64,000 nt of DNA from a virus. The DNA lies in the IMG/VR virus record IMGVR_UViG_3300033405_000004, positions 1 to 64,000 of that record. The stretch is one strand, 5' to 3'. Within the stretch, counting starts at the first letter, position 1. Every line of letters begins with the position of its first letter. A program made the position numbers and the translations under genes. Positions 46,600 to 56,495 of the stretch are shown here, one piece after another. The notes beneath the pieces are model-generated. The model ran no database searches and was not told where the DNA came from. It saw only the letters and a program-made list of their open reading frames with translations.

Positions 46600-47622
46600 G
46601 TGAGCTCACCAACTGCTGACACCAACGCCAACGTCGCCGCCCCGGCGACCACCAACACCGTCGGGTTCTTCAACCCGAACGACCACCCCGTCTCGCTGCA
46701 CTCCTCCAAGCTCGGCCTCGCGAACCTCATTGTCCAGCCCAACAAGTTCATCACGGACGAGAGGGGGAACCAGATCAACGACCCGGCGCTGGAGGCCTTC
46801 GTCGGCCCCCACATGCTGGCGAAGCAGATCTCGGACGAGCCGGTGCCCGTGATCAGCTTCCGTATGCGCCCGCCCGGCGCGCCCGCCCCCATGGGCGCTC
46901 CCGGCTTCTCCGGCAGCCGCCAGGTCCCGGCCTCGATGAGGCCCGGCGGCGAGGCCGCCGCCCACCCCGCGCCGAGGGCGCCGCTCCCCCCGAGGCCGCG
47001 CCCGCCCACCGCCCGGATCGCCGGTCAGCCGGTCGTCCCCGTGGCGCCGCAGGCGGGCTACTCGCCCGTCGCCGGCATGACGATGGCCGAGGCCCGCGCC
47101 CGCGGCCTCGTGGCCCCGAACATCATCCCGGCCCCGGAGGGGATCGAGGACGTCCCCGGCAGGGACGTGGGGAAGGCCGCGCCCTACATCGGCATCGCCA
47201 GGGACGCCGGGGTCAAGCGCCAGCCCCCGCCGGCCGCCAGGATGAACCCGCCGCCCCCCGTGCCCCCGGCCGTGATGAAGAAGGGTGGCATCGCCGAGCG
47301 CCTCGCCAAGGCCGCGGCGAGGAAGGTCCCCGACGTTGTAATCGACCCGGTCATGGAGGAGGCTACCGCCCGGGCCGCCGCGCCGGAGGAGGCCGCCCCG
47401 CCCGTCGAGGAGGCCACACCCCCCGTGGAGCGGCCGCTCCCGGAGCCCAGGCTCCCGCCCGCGCCCGTCGGCGAATCCCCGCCGCAGGCCGCCGGGACCG
47501 AGAAGTTCGTGTGCGTCGCCTGCGGCAGGGCCTTCGGCACCAGGAACCATCTCCAGCAGCACGCGAAGGGGAAGCACCCGGCCCAGCTCGGCGCCGTCAT
47601 GGCGCCCTACCCCAAGGGGTAG
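46600..47622 (+). CDS. Pro-rich protein with C-terminal C2H2 zinc finger
   Basis: FVCVACGRAFGTRNHLQQHAKGKH. Confidence 0.75.
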   Translation: MSSPTADTNANVAAPATTNTVGFFNPNDHPVSLHSSKLGLANLIVQPNKFITDERGNQINDPALEAFVGPHMLAKQISDEPVPVISFRMRPPGAPAPMGAPGFSGSRQVPASMRPGGEAAAHPAPRAPLPPRPRPPTARIAGQPVVPVAPQAGYSPVAGMTMAEARARGLVAPNIIPAPEGIEDVPGRDVGKAAPYIGIARDAGVKRQPPPAARMNPPPPVPPAVMKKGGIAERLAKAAARKVPDVVIDPVMEEATARAAAPEEAAPPVEEATPPVERPLPEPRLPPAPVGESPPQAAGTEKFVCVACGRAFGTRNHLQQHAKGKHPAQLGAVMAPYPKG

Positions 47623-47629
47623 TTAGGGC

Positions 47630-48418
47630 ATGCCCGCCCCGTCCACCCAGCCGCTGGTTCCCGTCCCCCAGGCCGACCACCAGGTAACGACCAGCGCCCA
47701 GTCCACCAGCACGCTCCCGGCCTACGGGTACACGATCGACCAGCTGTCCTCGTACATCAAGCGGTCGCTCGGCCAGCCCACGATGATCGTGGAACTGCCC
47801 CAGCAGAACATCCTCGACGCCATCCAGGACGCGCTCGTGCTCTACAGCACCTGGCGCCCCGTCCTGCGCTACGGCGCCATCCAGCTCCAGCGCGGCCAGT
47901 TCCAATACCTCGTGGGCGTCGACATGGGCCAGGGGCCGATCCGCGTCGACTTCGTCCAGCCCAACCCCGTCCCCGCCGAGCTGTTCTGGGGCAACCTCAT
48001 CGACCCGGCCCCGCTCCTGCGCAACGGCCTCGACGAGCTCGACAGCTTCCTGCGGTGGATGAAGGTCTGGATGCGCGTCACCTCGATCCAGCCCAACTGG
48101 ACCTACGACTTCGCCAACAAGCAGCTCCTCATCTGGAACCCGCTCGACCGCTACCAGGCCGGCCTCCAGTGGTACCAGCCCTACTCCGACACGAAGGGGC
48201 TGGACCAGTTCGGGGCCAAGTGGGTCAAGGACTACGCCTTCCAGAAGGCCCGCCACCAGTACGCCGAGATCCTCAGCAAGTACTCCGGGGCCATCCCCGG
48301 CCCGCTGCAGAACCTCCAGTTCGACCAGCAGCGCCGCGACAAGGCCGAGGCCAAGCTCAAGGAGCTGGAGGAGCACCTCCAGGCGGCGCAGATCTTCGCC
48401 CCGCTGGACATCGACTGA
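47630..48418 (+). CDS. neck protein (T4 gp13-like)
   Basis: YIKRSLGQP..VEL...I.DAIQDAL and WVKDYA...ILSKY.G.IPG...L.ELEE.L match gp13 termini. Confidence 0.8.
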   Translation: MPAPSTQPLVPVPQADHQVTTSAQSTSTLPAYGYTIDQLSSYIKRSLGQPTMIVELPQQNILDAIQDALVLYSTWRPVLRYGAIQLQRGQFQYLVGVDMGQGPIRVDFVQPNPVPAELFWGNLIDPAPLLRNGLDELDSFLRWMKVWMRVTSIQPNWTYDFANKQLLIWNPLDRYQAGLQWYQPYSDTKGLDQFGAKWVKDYAFQKARHQYAEILSKYSGAIPGPLQNLQFDQQRRDKAEAKLKELEEHLQAAQIFAPLDID

Positions 48419-48651
48419 TGAACGCAAAACAGCATCTTGACAGGCTTTTGGAGGGGCTTGAGCCGGCTTCCGCAGTCGACCGGCAACTGTGCCCCGTCTG
48501 CGGGGAGCGATATGTCTCTACATGCCGCTGCAGCAGCAACGTGAAGCATACCGTGGAGAGCTTGAGGAACGGGCACGGTGCTCGTTGCCCCAACGGGCAC
48601 CGGTGGAGTTACCAGACTGAAGATGGCCGAGTGGTGGTTTTGAAAAGCTAG
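48418..48651 (+). CDS. small Zn-binding protein
   Basis: CPVCGE..CRC..CPNGH.W; leader HLDRLLEG. Confidence 0.65.
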   Translation: MNAKQHLDRLLEGLEPASAVDRQLCPVCGERYVSTCRCSSNVKHTVESLRNGHGARCPNGHRWSYQTEDGRVVVLKS

Positions 48652-48679
48652 CAACCGGCCCCTGTTTTCCTCGCGCGCG

Positions 48680-49297
48680 ATGGATGACGTTCGCACATTC
48701 TGGCTGGAGCCTACCTCGCGCGTGCGGCGCAGGCTGCGCGTGTTCCGCAGGACGTGGGGCATGCCGGAGGACGTGGCGGCCCGCGCCTGCGACTGCGACG
48801 AGTCGGCCCCGCTCGACGAGGTGGACGACGGCCCGGAGCACGCCATCCGCTCGGTGGAGCCGATGCCCGGCCACCCGAAGGCGTGCCCGAAGTGTGGCCG
48901 CGTCTTCACGCCGGCCGAGGACGAGTTCCAGATCTTCTGCGAGACGCTGTACCGCCGCGCGGACACCGGGGAGATCCTGGGCCTGCGTGACGCCCCGCCC
49001 GGGGCCTCCTGGGACGCCGTCTGGTACCACGACATCCCCGAGTGGTGCGGGCTGGATGGCCGGGCCGTCATCGTCAAGTGCCCCGACGGGCACGACTGGC
49101 ACGTCGACGGCAAGTGCAGCAACTGCACCAGGCCCGACGACAAGGTCCACAAGTGCTGGTGCCGCCACGGGGACCCCACCAAGGCGGAGCTCACGGTCGA
49201 CAAGAACGGCGACACCTGTCAGGCGGGCGCCGGCTCGATCCAGGCCCCCCACTGGCATGGCTTCCTCACCAACGGGGTGCTCAGCGAGCGCCGATGA
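48680..49297 (+). CDS. Cys/His-rich protein with DUF6527-like C-terminus
   Basis: GSIQAPHWHGFLTNG. Confidence 0.7.
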   Translation: MDDVRTFWLEPTSRVRRRLRVFRRTWGMPEDVAARACDCDESAPLDEVDDGPEHAIRSVEPMPGHPKACPKCGRVFTPAEDEFQIFCETLYRRADTGEILGLRDAPPGASWDAVWYHDIPEWCGLDGRAVIVKCPDGHDWHVDGKCSNCTRPDDKVHKCWCRHGDPTKAELTVDKNGDTCQAGAGSIQAPHWHGFLTNGVLSERR

Positions 49298-49608
49298 ATA
49301 CCGGCTTCTACGACTGCCGCCGGAAACCCGACAACTGCGACCCCTCCGAGCTGAGGGAAATCGGGGACTTCAACTGGCGCTTCATCCCCGTCGTCGAGGA
49401 CGGCCGGGTTCAGGGGATGCAGATCGTGATGCCGACCGGCGAACAAACCTGGCTTCCTGTTGTCCGAGGCCCCGCCCCCGCGGATAGGGCGGTCTGGGGT
49501 TGGGACGGCGACCTGGACAGGCCCACGCTTGAACCTAGTATTCTCGACTCGGCCCAGGTGCCCAAGTGGCACGGCTATCTCAGGGCTGGCCGGTTGGAAA
49601 GTTGCTAG
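49294..49608 (+). CDS. DUF6527-like protein
   Basis: WGWDGDLDRPTLEPSI...WHGYLRAG. Confidence 0.75.
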   Translation: MNTGFYDCRRKPDNCDPSELREIGDFNWRFIPVVEDGRVQGMQIVMPTGEQTWLPVVRGPAPADRAVWGWDGDLDRPTLEPSILDSAQVPKWHGYLRAGRLESC

Positions 49609-49932
49609 ATGAGGCTCGTCGAACTCCGCCCCCGGTGGGTCGGCCTCCACAACTGGTCGAGCCCCTCGATCTACCACGTCGGGCTCTCCTTCGACTCCCC
49701 GTGGAACCGCGCGCGCCGCCTGGCCGTCTTGTTCACGCCGGCGATCGACCCGGAGGGGCTGGCGAAAAGGCACGGCTGGGACGAGGCGGCTTTCTTCGCC
49801 GACCAGCTCAAGTGGGCCAGGGTCGGCGACACGTTCGAGACGCTCACGCTCGCGCCGTCCCTCAACTTCATGCCGCACGACTGGCACGGCAGCATCACGG
49901 GCGGCGAGGTCACCACCACCGCGCACCCTTGA
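49609..49932 (+). CDS. DUF6527-like protein
   Basis: WARVGDTFETLTLAPSL...WHGSITGG. Confidence 0.75.
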   Translation: MRLVELRPRWVGLHNWSSPSIYHVGLSFDSPWNRARRLAVLFTPAIDPEGLAKRHGWDEAAFFADQLKWARVGDTFETLTLAPSLNFMPHDWHGSITGGEVTTTAHP

Positions 49933-49947
49933 GAGTTCTACACCGGC

Positions 49948-50166
49948 GTGCCCACCATCCTCATCCAGACCGTCACCGTGAAGCTGAGCAACGGCGTCAC
50001 GGGCAGGTTCGTCGGCCCGGCCATCGTGGACGAGACTACCCCCAAGGAGGTTGAGGTCGTCGACGTATCCTTCTCCCCGCCGCGGCAGTCGCCCTACGAG
50101 GTCAAGATCGTAGAGCAGCCTGCCGAACCTGCTCGGCCAGATCCAAAAGCGACGGCGCCACCCTGA
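49948..50166 (+). CDS. hypothetical protein
   Basis: GTTCT-N8-GTG upstream. Confidence 0.6.
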   Translation: MPTILIQTVTVKLSNGVTGRFVGPAIVDETTPKEVEVVDVSFSPPRQSPYEVKIVEQPAEPARPDPKATAPP

Positions 50167-50560
50167 CCTCCGGCCTCGCCAGCCCCGTCTGGATCAGCAC
50201 GTCCTGGGTGCGCTCGTAGTGGGGGTCGCAGCCGACGAAGATGGGCCTGACCCGCGAGTTCCCCCACATTCCCAGCTCGTAGAGCACGATGGGGTTCAGC
50301 GAGCCGCGGGCGAACCAGAACAGCACCATGGAGGCGCAATCCAGCCGCAGATACTCCCACTCGATCTGCGCCTTGGCCGCGTTCGGGTCGTGGATCGGGA
50401 AGTTCTTCCGCCGGGGGTTGTAGACGGTGAGGCAGGTGCCGGCCAGCAGGCCCGCCATCTCCGCCTGCCAGTCGGGGCAGCCCGTGATGCCGCCGGCGAG
50501 GAACAGGTCCGGCTCCCCCAGGGCGCCGAACGACGGGTCGGGTGCTTCGATGAGTTTCAT
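50102..50560 (-). CDS. nucleoside 2-deoxyribosyltransferase-like protein
   Basis: FLAGGITGCPDWQ, YNPRR, QIEWE..L, LFWF, PIVLYELG. Confidence 0.85.
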   Translation of the reverse strand: MKLIEAPDPSFGALGEPDLFLAGGITGCPDWQAEMAGLLAGTCLTVYNPRRKNFPIHDPNAAKAQIEWEYLRLDCASMVLFWFARGSLNPIVLYELGMWGNSRVRPIFVGCDPHYERTQDVLIQTGLARPEVRVAPSLLDLAEQVRQAALRS

Positions 50561-50985
50561 GTGGAAAGGTCCGCGACCAGCTCCCGCGCCGCCGCCGCCA
50601 GCGCCGCCTCCAGCGGGTCCGGGGCCGGCTCGGCGGCGAAGCTGTCGGCCTCCAGGGCCTCGGCCACCCGGTTGAACTCCTCGATCGCTTCCGGTCTCAC
50701 TAGCGGGCGCACCGCCCGGGCCAGCACCTCCGGCTCCTCGCCGCCCTCCTCGACCAGCTCCGGCCGGGTCGGGTCCCGCCAGGCGGCGATGAACTCGCCG
50801 GGCGCGCACTCGACGCGCACGTAGTCGCCCGACAGGGGCGAGTCGGCCGAGAGCTTCTGGAAGTCGGCCCGGCCCCAGTCGGCCCGCACGTCGGAGCCGC
50901 GCGCCAGGATGCTTTCGCGGCGCCCGGAGTCTTTCAGCAGGGAGTACATGGTCTCGTTGCGCAGCCTGTCCAAGGGTATCGGCAT
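50557..50985 (-). CDS. hypothetical protein
   Basis: 142 aa, GTTCT-N7-ATG upstream. Confidence 0.7.
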   Translation of the reverse strand: MPIPLDRLRNETMYSLLKDSGRRESILARGSDVRADWGRADFQKLSADSPLSGDYVRVECAPGEFIAAWRDPTRPELVEEGGEEPEVLARAVRPLVRPEAIEEFNRVAEALEADSFAAEPAPDPLEAALAAAARELVADLST

Positions 50986-50989
50986 ATCG

Positions 50990-51799
50990 TTAAGAACTTC
51001 CCAGCAGGTACTTCGCTTCCCACTGTTTTTTCAGCCCGATATAGCTGGCCGTCGGCTCGCGCTTCGTGAAGTCCGCGAAGGGATCGGGGGGTGGCTCCGG
51101 CTGACGGTGCCTCTGGCGGCGGGGCGTCGTTGGGCAGGCGTTGGCCTTGAACCGCCAGATCGAGTTTTGATGTGCGGTGCTGGCGACGGGGGCCGTCAGG
51201 TCCGGGGGCTTGATCGCGGGGGGCTTGAGCTCGTAAAACACTTTTTTAGGGGTCAGCGTGATTGGGGCCGGGGCCGGTGCTTGTGCAAGCGGAGTTATCG
51301 GCGGCGGTGGACTAGGCGGGGCGGGTGGAGTGGTGGTCGGGGCGCCCTGTTTCTTCCGTTTCTCATAGTAGATGCCGCCTTTTCGCCATCTTCCGGCGTG
51401 GGCGTCGCGGTAGGCCTTGGCTCCAATTCTCCTGGTCTCGGCGTCGGCGGCCGTCGGCGCCCGCGGCGCGATCTTCCCGCTGCCGGCGGTCAGCGCGACC
51501 GGGGTTGGGGTCGGTGCTTGTTTGTGGGGTGGCGGCCTCTTCCAGCAGGGGTGTTTTTTGGCGTTGCGTACGATCTTCTTGCCTACCGCGTCCTCTGGCT
51601 TCTCCTCCGCTTTTTGGCTGGGCCGGTAAATTAGTTTCCATTTGTCCGGGTGGGCGTGGTAGTAGGCCTTGTTTTGCTCCCGTTTCTTCTTCGGGGTTTT
51701 GAACTTCTTGGGCTTCATGGCTATGGGGGGCTTGAGTTTCCCGCGATGCAGTGCGCTGTACCGCCTTACGAAAGCCTTGAGCTGTTTCGAGCCCCTCAT
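50990..51799 (-). CDS. basic Lys/Pro-rich hypothetical protein
   Basis: ATGA-coupled to the helicase; atypical composition. Confidence 0.55.
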   Translation of the reverse strand: MRGSKQLKAFVRRYSALHRGKLKPPIAMKPKKFKTPKKKREQNKAYYHAHPDKWKLIYRPSQKAEEKPEDAVGKKIVRNAKKHPCWKRPPPHKQAPTPTPVALTAGSGKIAPRAPTAADAETRRIGAKAYRDAHAGRWRKGGIYYEKRKKQGAPTTTPPAPPSPPPPITPLAQAPAPAPITLTPKKVFYELKPPAIKPPDLTAPVASTAHQNSIWRFKANACPTTPRRQRHRQPEPPPDPFADFTKREPTASYIGLKKQWEAKYLLGSS

Positions 51800-53403
51800 C
51801 GGAACTGCACCAGCGAGTCGGTGAACCACCCAGGCAGGTCGTCGTGCCACTCCCGCAGCAGCCGCTCCGCGTCGGCGTCGAGGATGTAGGTGGAGCTGTG
51901 GTCGGTCTCCGAACGGCAGGCCCGCCCGCACGCCTGGAGGATCGTCTTGACCGTCTCGGACTCGTACCAGCGCCGGTTCCGCGCCAGCTTGGCCGCCACC
52001 TGCTTGTCCCCCAGCGACGGGTACGGGCACTTGAGGATGATCTGGAACCGGGCGATGTCGTCCTTGAAGTCGAACCCCTCCGCCATGCTCGGCGAGAGCA
52101 GCACGCTGTCCGGCTTGGCCATGTGCGCCTTGAGCGCCTCGTCCCGGTCATCCGCCTTCCTCGGGTAGGTCAGCCGCCGGGCGTGCGGCGACCAGGTCAG
52201 CCACTCGTTCACCTTGTCGGCCAGCTCGTAGCTGTGGCTGTGGATCACGCCCCGCTCGCCCGCGTGCTTGGCGAGGAGCTTCGCGACCATGCGCAGCAGG
52301 GCCGGCGTCGTCGCCTCCTTGTTCGCCCGGCTCATGCTCCCCACCGTCGTCAGGTAGACCGGGCGGTGCTCGACGGGGAACGTGCTATCCAGCGACAGCC
52401 AGGCCACCGCCGCCGGGTCCAGCCCCAGGTCGCGGCAGAACGTCCGCCGGTCGCCCGGGAAGGCCGAGAGGTAGATCCGCAGCGACCCCGCCGACATCAC
52501 CAGCTGCGGGAAGAACGGCGCCGCCTCCAGCGGCCGAGCCGTCAGCTCCACCCCGTCCCGCCCGTCCTCCCGCCAGAAGATCCAGTCCTGCGCGCCCTCC
52601 AGCAGCCGCTCCACCGCCGCCTCCACCTTCTGCTGGTGCTGCGCCACCTCGTGGGCCAGCTTCGCCGCGTCGGGCAGGTCGTGGTGCGTGTCGGCCAGCG
52701 CGTTCACGATGGCCACCTTCTCCTTCACCGCCGGGATGTACGTCCGCACCAGCCAGGCCACGAACTCCGCCACCGTCTCGATGCGCTTCAGGTCGGGGGC
52801 CAGCTCGCTGTTGGCGAACTTCTCCAGCCCCTTCTCGTTCACCGTCACGTCCACGAACCGCGTGATGAGCTTCGCCAGGTTGTGGCACTCGTCGAGGCAC
52901 AGCACCCTCCGGGCGATCAGCTCGCCGACGAAGGCCCGCTCGGTGAAGAAGTAGGCGTAGTTGGTCACGCCGAGCGGCGAAGTCACGAAAACCTCCTTCG
53001 CCAGCCGGTACGCGCAGTCGCCCTCCTTGCGGTGCGGGCACTTGCGGACGGCCCCGTGCGAGCAGAGCCTGTGGATCGGGCACTCGTACTCGACCGCCGA
53101 CTTGATCAACGCGGCCCGGCCCTTCGAGGCGTCGAATCGCATCAGATCCACCGCCATCTGGTCCTGGAGCATCTTCTGGTTCACCAGCACGTAGCCGCCC
53201 GCCATGCCGCCCAGCTCCATGGCCGACGCATCCTGGCCCCAGAGCGCCGCCGCGCTGGCGATGAAGCTCTTGCCGGTGCCCGTCGGCGCCTCGATCACGA
53301 CGTCCCTGAACCCCTGCTCGTAGGCCCGGCGGATGAAGTCCAGCGACTCGGTCTGGGCGGGCCGCGGCGCGGCCGTCGGAAAATAATCGCGCGGGGTCGG
53401 CAT
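51796..53403 (-). CDS. DinG/Rad3-family SF2 helicase
   Basis: EAPTGTGKS, Cys cluster, LDECH, LSA, EGFDF, QACGRACRSETD. Confidence 0.9.
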   Translation of the reverse strand: MPTPRDYFPTAAPRPAQTESLDFIRRAYEQGFRDVVIEAPTGTGKSFIASAAALWGQDASAMELGGMAGGYVLVNQKMLQDQMAVDLMRFDASKGRAALIKSAVEYECPIHRLCSHGAVRKCPHRKEGDCAYRLAKEVFVTSPLGVTNYAYFFTERAFVGELIARRVLCLDECHNLAKLITRFVDVTVNEKGLEKFANSELAPDLKRIETVAEFVAWLVRTYIPAVKEKVAIVNALADTHHDLPDAAKLAHEVAQHQQKVEAAVERLLEGAQDWIFWREDGRDGVELTARPLEAAPFFPQLVMSAGSLRIYLSAFPGDRRTFCRDLGLDPAAVAWLSLDSTFPVEHRPVYLTTVGSMSRANKEATTPALLRMVAKLLAKHAGERGVIHSHSYELADKVNEWLTWSPHARRLTYPRKADDRDEALKAHMAKPDSVLLSPSMAEGFDFKDDIARFQIILKCPYPSLGDKQVAAKLARNRRWYESETVKTILQACGRACRSETDHSSTYILDADAERLLREWHDDLPGWFTDSLVQFR

Positions 53404-53514
53404 TTTGTTTACAAAAGTTGTTCTTTAGAACTGCATGCTGGGGGTGTCAACGGATAGAATCATAAATCTTTTCGGGCGCGGCCCCCCGCGGCCCGGCCGC
53501 GTAGTTAGGGCAGC

Positions 53515-55740
53515 ATGAAGGACAAGTTCCTCAACTACATTTTCGGCGAGTCCCAGGAGCAGGACGCCCGCGAGGGCGACATCGAGGCCCTCCTGGAGGA
53601 GCTGAAGGCCATGGGCATCGGCGCGGCCGAGGTCAAGGCGCGCAAGCCGGCCGAGAAGGCCGTCCGGGCGCTCGGCGTCGAGGGCGGCGAGTTCGCAGTC
53701 GGGGAGGGCGACGTGTTCACCCTCACGTTCGAGGACTCCGAGGAGTTCCTCAGGGCCGCCGCCATCCTCGGCGACGTCAACAAGGTCAACGAGCTAGCCG
53801 ACGCCGGCTGGGTAGCCGTCCCCGAGGGCGACGTCGCCGGCATGACCGAGCCGGGTGACTTCCGCATCAATTTCGTGCACGTCGGCGTGGCCCAGCCCGC
53901 CGAGCGGACCCCCAAGACCGGCGAGCGGCCGGAGAAGGCCGCCGACCAGATGAACGAGCCGGGCACCGAGGATCTCACTGGCGCCAAGGGGCGCCGCCGC
54001 GGCCTGCCCAAGGGCGTCGGCAAGGACGCCGCCCAGTTCGAATCGCTGGGCGGCCTGCTGCTCCACGCCCAGGAAGCGGCGAAGGGCCCGGTGAAGATCG
54101 TGCACTGCGGCTCCTGCGAGGGCTACCACAGGATCGATTTCCGCGGCGACTGCCGCGAGGACAGCGAGCGCTTCGCCAGCCCGGAGGAGGCCGAGGAGCG
54201 CCTCGGGTGCGAGGTGGTCGAAGTCGACGAGGAGAGTCCCGAAGCGCAGGCCGGGTTCCCGCCCATCGGCGTGGGATTCTGGAAGGGCGCCGGCATCCCC
54301 AGGCGCGAGGAGGCGCGTGAGCTTTCCGTGGCGGACCAGCACCGGCTGAGGATCGCCCGCCAGACGCTCAAGATGAACGACGCGATGGCCAACGTCATGG
54401 GCGGCATGACCAAGGACGAGGCCCGCAAGGTCGTCAAGGAGCTCGCCGGCCGCGAGGCCTGCGATGACGACTCGAAGTGCGAGGAGCCCGTCGGCGAGGC
54501 CGTCCAGCCCGGCACGCTCACCGTCGAGCGGGCGCTGCAGCTTCTTTCCGCCGGCCAGTCCACCTGCCCGACCTCGGACGGCCACGACCTGGACGTCTGG
54601 GACGAGGCCCTTGAGATCTTCCAGGGCGAGCGGGCGCGCCGCCGCGGCGGCTACCAGGGCATCGCCGGGCGCCGCCAGCACGCGATGGCCTGGCGCGAGT
54701 CCGTCGAGGAGGCCAGGATCGGCAGCGGCCGCGTGGCGGCCGCCTTCGCCGCGGGCCGGCCCGCCAGCGAGGCCAACACCTCCACGGACGGCCAGGCGTT
54801 CTTCCTTCACGGCAACAAGATCGCGGAGATCCGCGACGGGCACCTCTGGGTCAGCATGGCCGGGTGGAACAGCGCCACGACGCGCGAGCGCCTGAACGCG
54901 GTGCTGGACGCCTTCGGGCTCCCGGCGCGCGTCCACTCGCAGGGCGGCGTCCGCGGCCAGCCGTTCTCCGGCAAGTCCTACATCCGCCGCACCGACACCG
55001 AGGAGGAGCCGAAGGAGCTGCCCCTGGGCATGCGGGGTGGCGGGGGCCAGTCGCGCCCGGAGCACTGGTTCGACGTGGGGCACGTGATCCAGCGCGATCC
55101 CGCCGCCCCCAATCCGGGCGCCGCCGAGGAGGCTGACCTCGGCCAGTTCCGGGCCGAGGCGTCCGCCCTCGTGGACGAGCTGCTCGGCGAGGACGAGGCC
55201 GAGCCGCGGGACGTGCAGCCCGCCACCGCCTCCGCGCACCTCTACAAGTTCGACGAGCTTTCCCCCAAGGCCAAGGAACGGGCGAAGCGGAACGCCGAGG
55301 AGGCGTTCGGCTACTCCTGGGCCGACGAGTCCATCGAGAGCCTGAAGGCCCTGGCCAAGGCCTTCGGCGGCGAGCTGAAGGACTACGAGATCGACTGGGG
55401 CGGGGGCACCCGCTCCTCGGCCGAGTTCGACATGCCCGATATGGAGCCGACGCAAATCGAGGCGACTCTCAGGGGCCTCGGCACCTACGATGAGAAGACT
55501 TTGAAGGGCCACGGCGCTTGCAAGCTCACGGGCGTCTTCTGCGACGAGAGCGCCATCGACGGCTTCCGACAGGCGTGGCACGCCGGCGAGCGCGATCTCA
55601 ACGCCCTGATGCAGGCCGCCTTCGAGACGTGGCTCAAGGACGCCCAGTCGGACTACGAGCACGAGTACTCCGACGAGGGCTTCGGCGAGACCGCGGACGC
55701 CAACGACTGGCTGTTCCTGGAAAGCGGGGAGATGCCCTGA
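53515..55740 (+). CDS. large acidic mosaic protein (candidate internal head protein)
   Basis: 741 aa, modules separated by Glu-rich linkers. Confidence 0.75.
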   Translation: MKDKFLNYIFGESQEQDAREGDIEALLEELKAMGIGAAEVKARKPAEKAVRALGVEGGEFAVGEGDVFTLTFEDSEEFLRAAAILGDVNKVNELADAGWVAVPEGDVAGMTEPGDFRINFVHVGVAQPAERTPKTGERPEKAADQMNEPGTEDLTGAKGRRRGLPKGVGKDAAQFESLGGLLLHAQEAAKGPVKIVHCGSCEGYHRIDFRGDCREDSERFASPEEAEERLGCEVVEVDEESPEAQAGFPPIGVGFWKGAGIPRREEARELSVADQHRLRIARQTLKMNDAMANVMGGMTKDEARKVVKELAGREACDDDSKCEEPVGEAVQPGTLTVERALQLLSAGQSTCPTSDGHDLDVWDEALEIFQGERARRRGGYQGIAGRRQHAMAWRESVEEARIGSGRVAAAFAAGRPASEANTSTDGQAFFLHGNKIAEIRDGHLWVSMAGWNSATTRERLNAVLDAFGLPARVHSQGGVRGQPFSGKSYIRRTDTEEEPKELPLGMRGGGGQSRPEHWFDVGHVIQRDPAAPNPGAAEEADLGQFRAEASALVDELLGEDEAEPRDVQPATASAHLYKFDELSPKAKERAKRNAEEAFGYSWADESIESLKALAKAFGGELKDYEIDWGGGTRSSAEFDMPDMEPTQIEATLRGLGTYDEKTLKGHGACKLTGVFCDESAIDGFRQAWHAGERDLNALMQAAFETWLKDAQSDYEHEYSDEGFGETADANDWLFLESGEMP

Positions 55741-56495
55741 TGGCCTCCAAGGTCATACGCGGGCTGCTTTCCGAGGCCAGCGTCGTGGGGTTCTACCAGA
55801 CGCTGGGCGAGATCGAGCGGCAGGCGAGGGATGGTGCGGACGCCCTTGAGAAGGGCGACGTGAACGGCGCCATGCTCTGCTTCAACGGCATCCTTGGCAT
55901 GGTTCAGGAGATGCTGGAGCCGACCCCGCGCCGCGAGCGCGTCGGCGTCGGCGAGTCCGAGGAGCTTCACAAGGCCCTTGACGGCGTCATCGCGCGGTGG
56001 AACCAGCGGCAGGAGTTCGAGGTGGCCTACTACGACGACAACACCATCGAGGGCTTCATCTGGCACGACAACTTTTACCCCGCCGCCGACGTCGCCGACC
56101 CGCTCCGCGCGGCGCAGTTCGACGTGCCCGTGCCCCTCCGGCTCAAGTGGCAGGAGATGATCGCCAAGGAGGGGGCGCATGCGCCCCCGTCGGACGCCTA
56201 CCCGCACGTCAGGACCAGGAGCGTCCCGGTTCCGCAGGCCGAGTCGCTGCTCGCCGAGATCCTCGACGTGGAGCGTGACGGGGACCCGACCCAGACCGCC
56301 TCCACCCCCGACATCGAGGTCCAGAACCACGGCTCCATCATCCTGCTCGCCCCCGTCAGCGACGCCGCCGACGAGTGGCTCCGTGAGCACGTCGGCGAGG
56401 ACGCCCAGTGGTTCGGCGGCGCGCTCGCCGTCGAGCGGCGCTACGCCTACGACATCATCTCAGGTGCCATCGAGGATGGCCTCGTCGTCAAATGA
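55740..56495 (+). CDS. acidic mosaic protein
   Basis: MASKVIRGLLSEA leader; TGATG coupling. Confidence 0.7.
   Translation: MASKVIRGLLSEASVVGFYQTLGEIERQARDGADALEKGDVNGAMLCFNGILGMVQEMLEPTPRRERVGVGESEELHKALDGVIARWNQRQEFEVAYYDDNTIEGFIWHDNFYPAADVADPLRAAQFDVPVPLRLKWQEMIAKEGAHAPPSDAYPHVRTRSVPVPQAESLLAEILDVERDGDPTQTASTPDIEVQNHGSIILLAPVSDAADEWLREHVGEDAQWFGGALAVERRYAYDIISGAIEDGLVVK

Noticed and set aside
20846-53457. Long antisense ORFs (20846-23293+, 31189-33885-, 38789-41065-, 51844-53457+ and similar)
   Set aside because: Shadow frames of GC-rich genes with no motifs.
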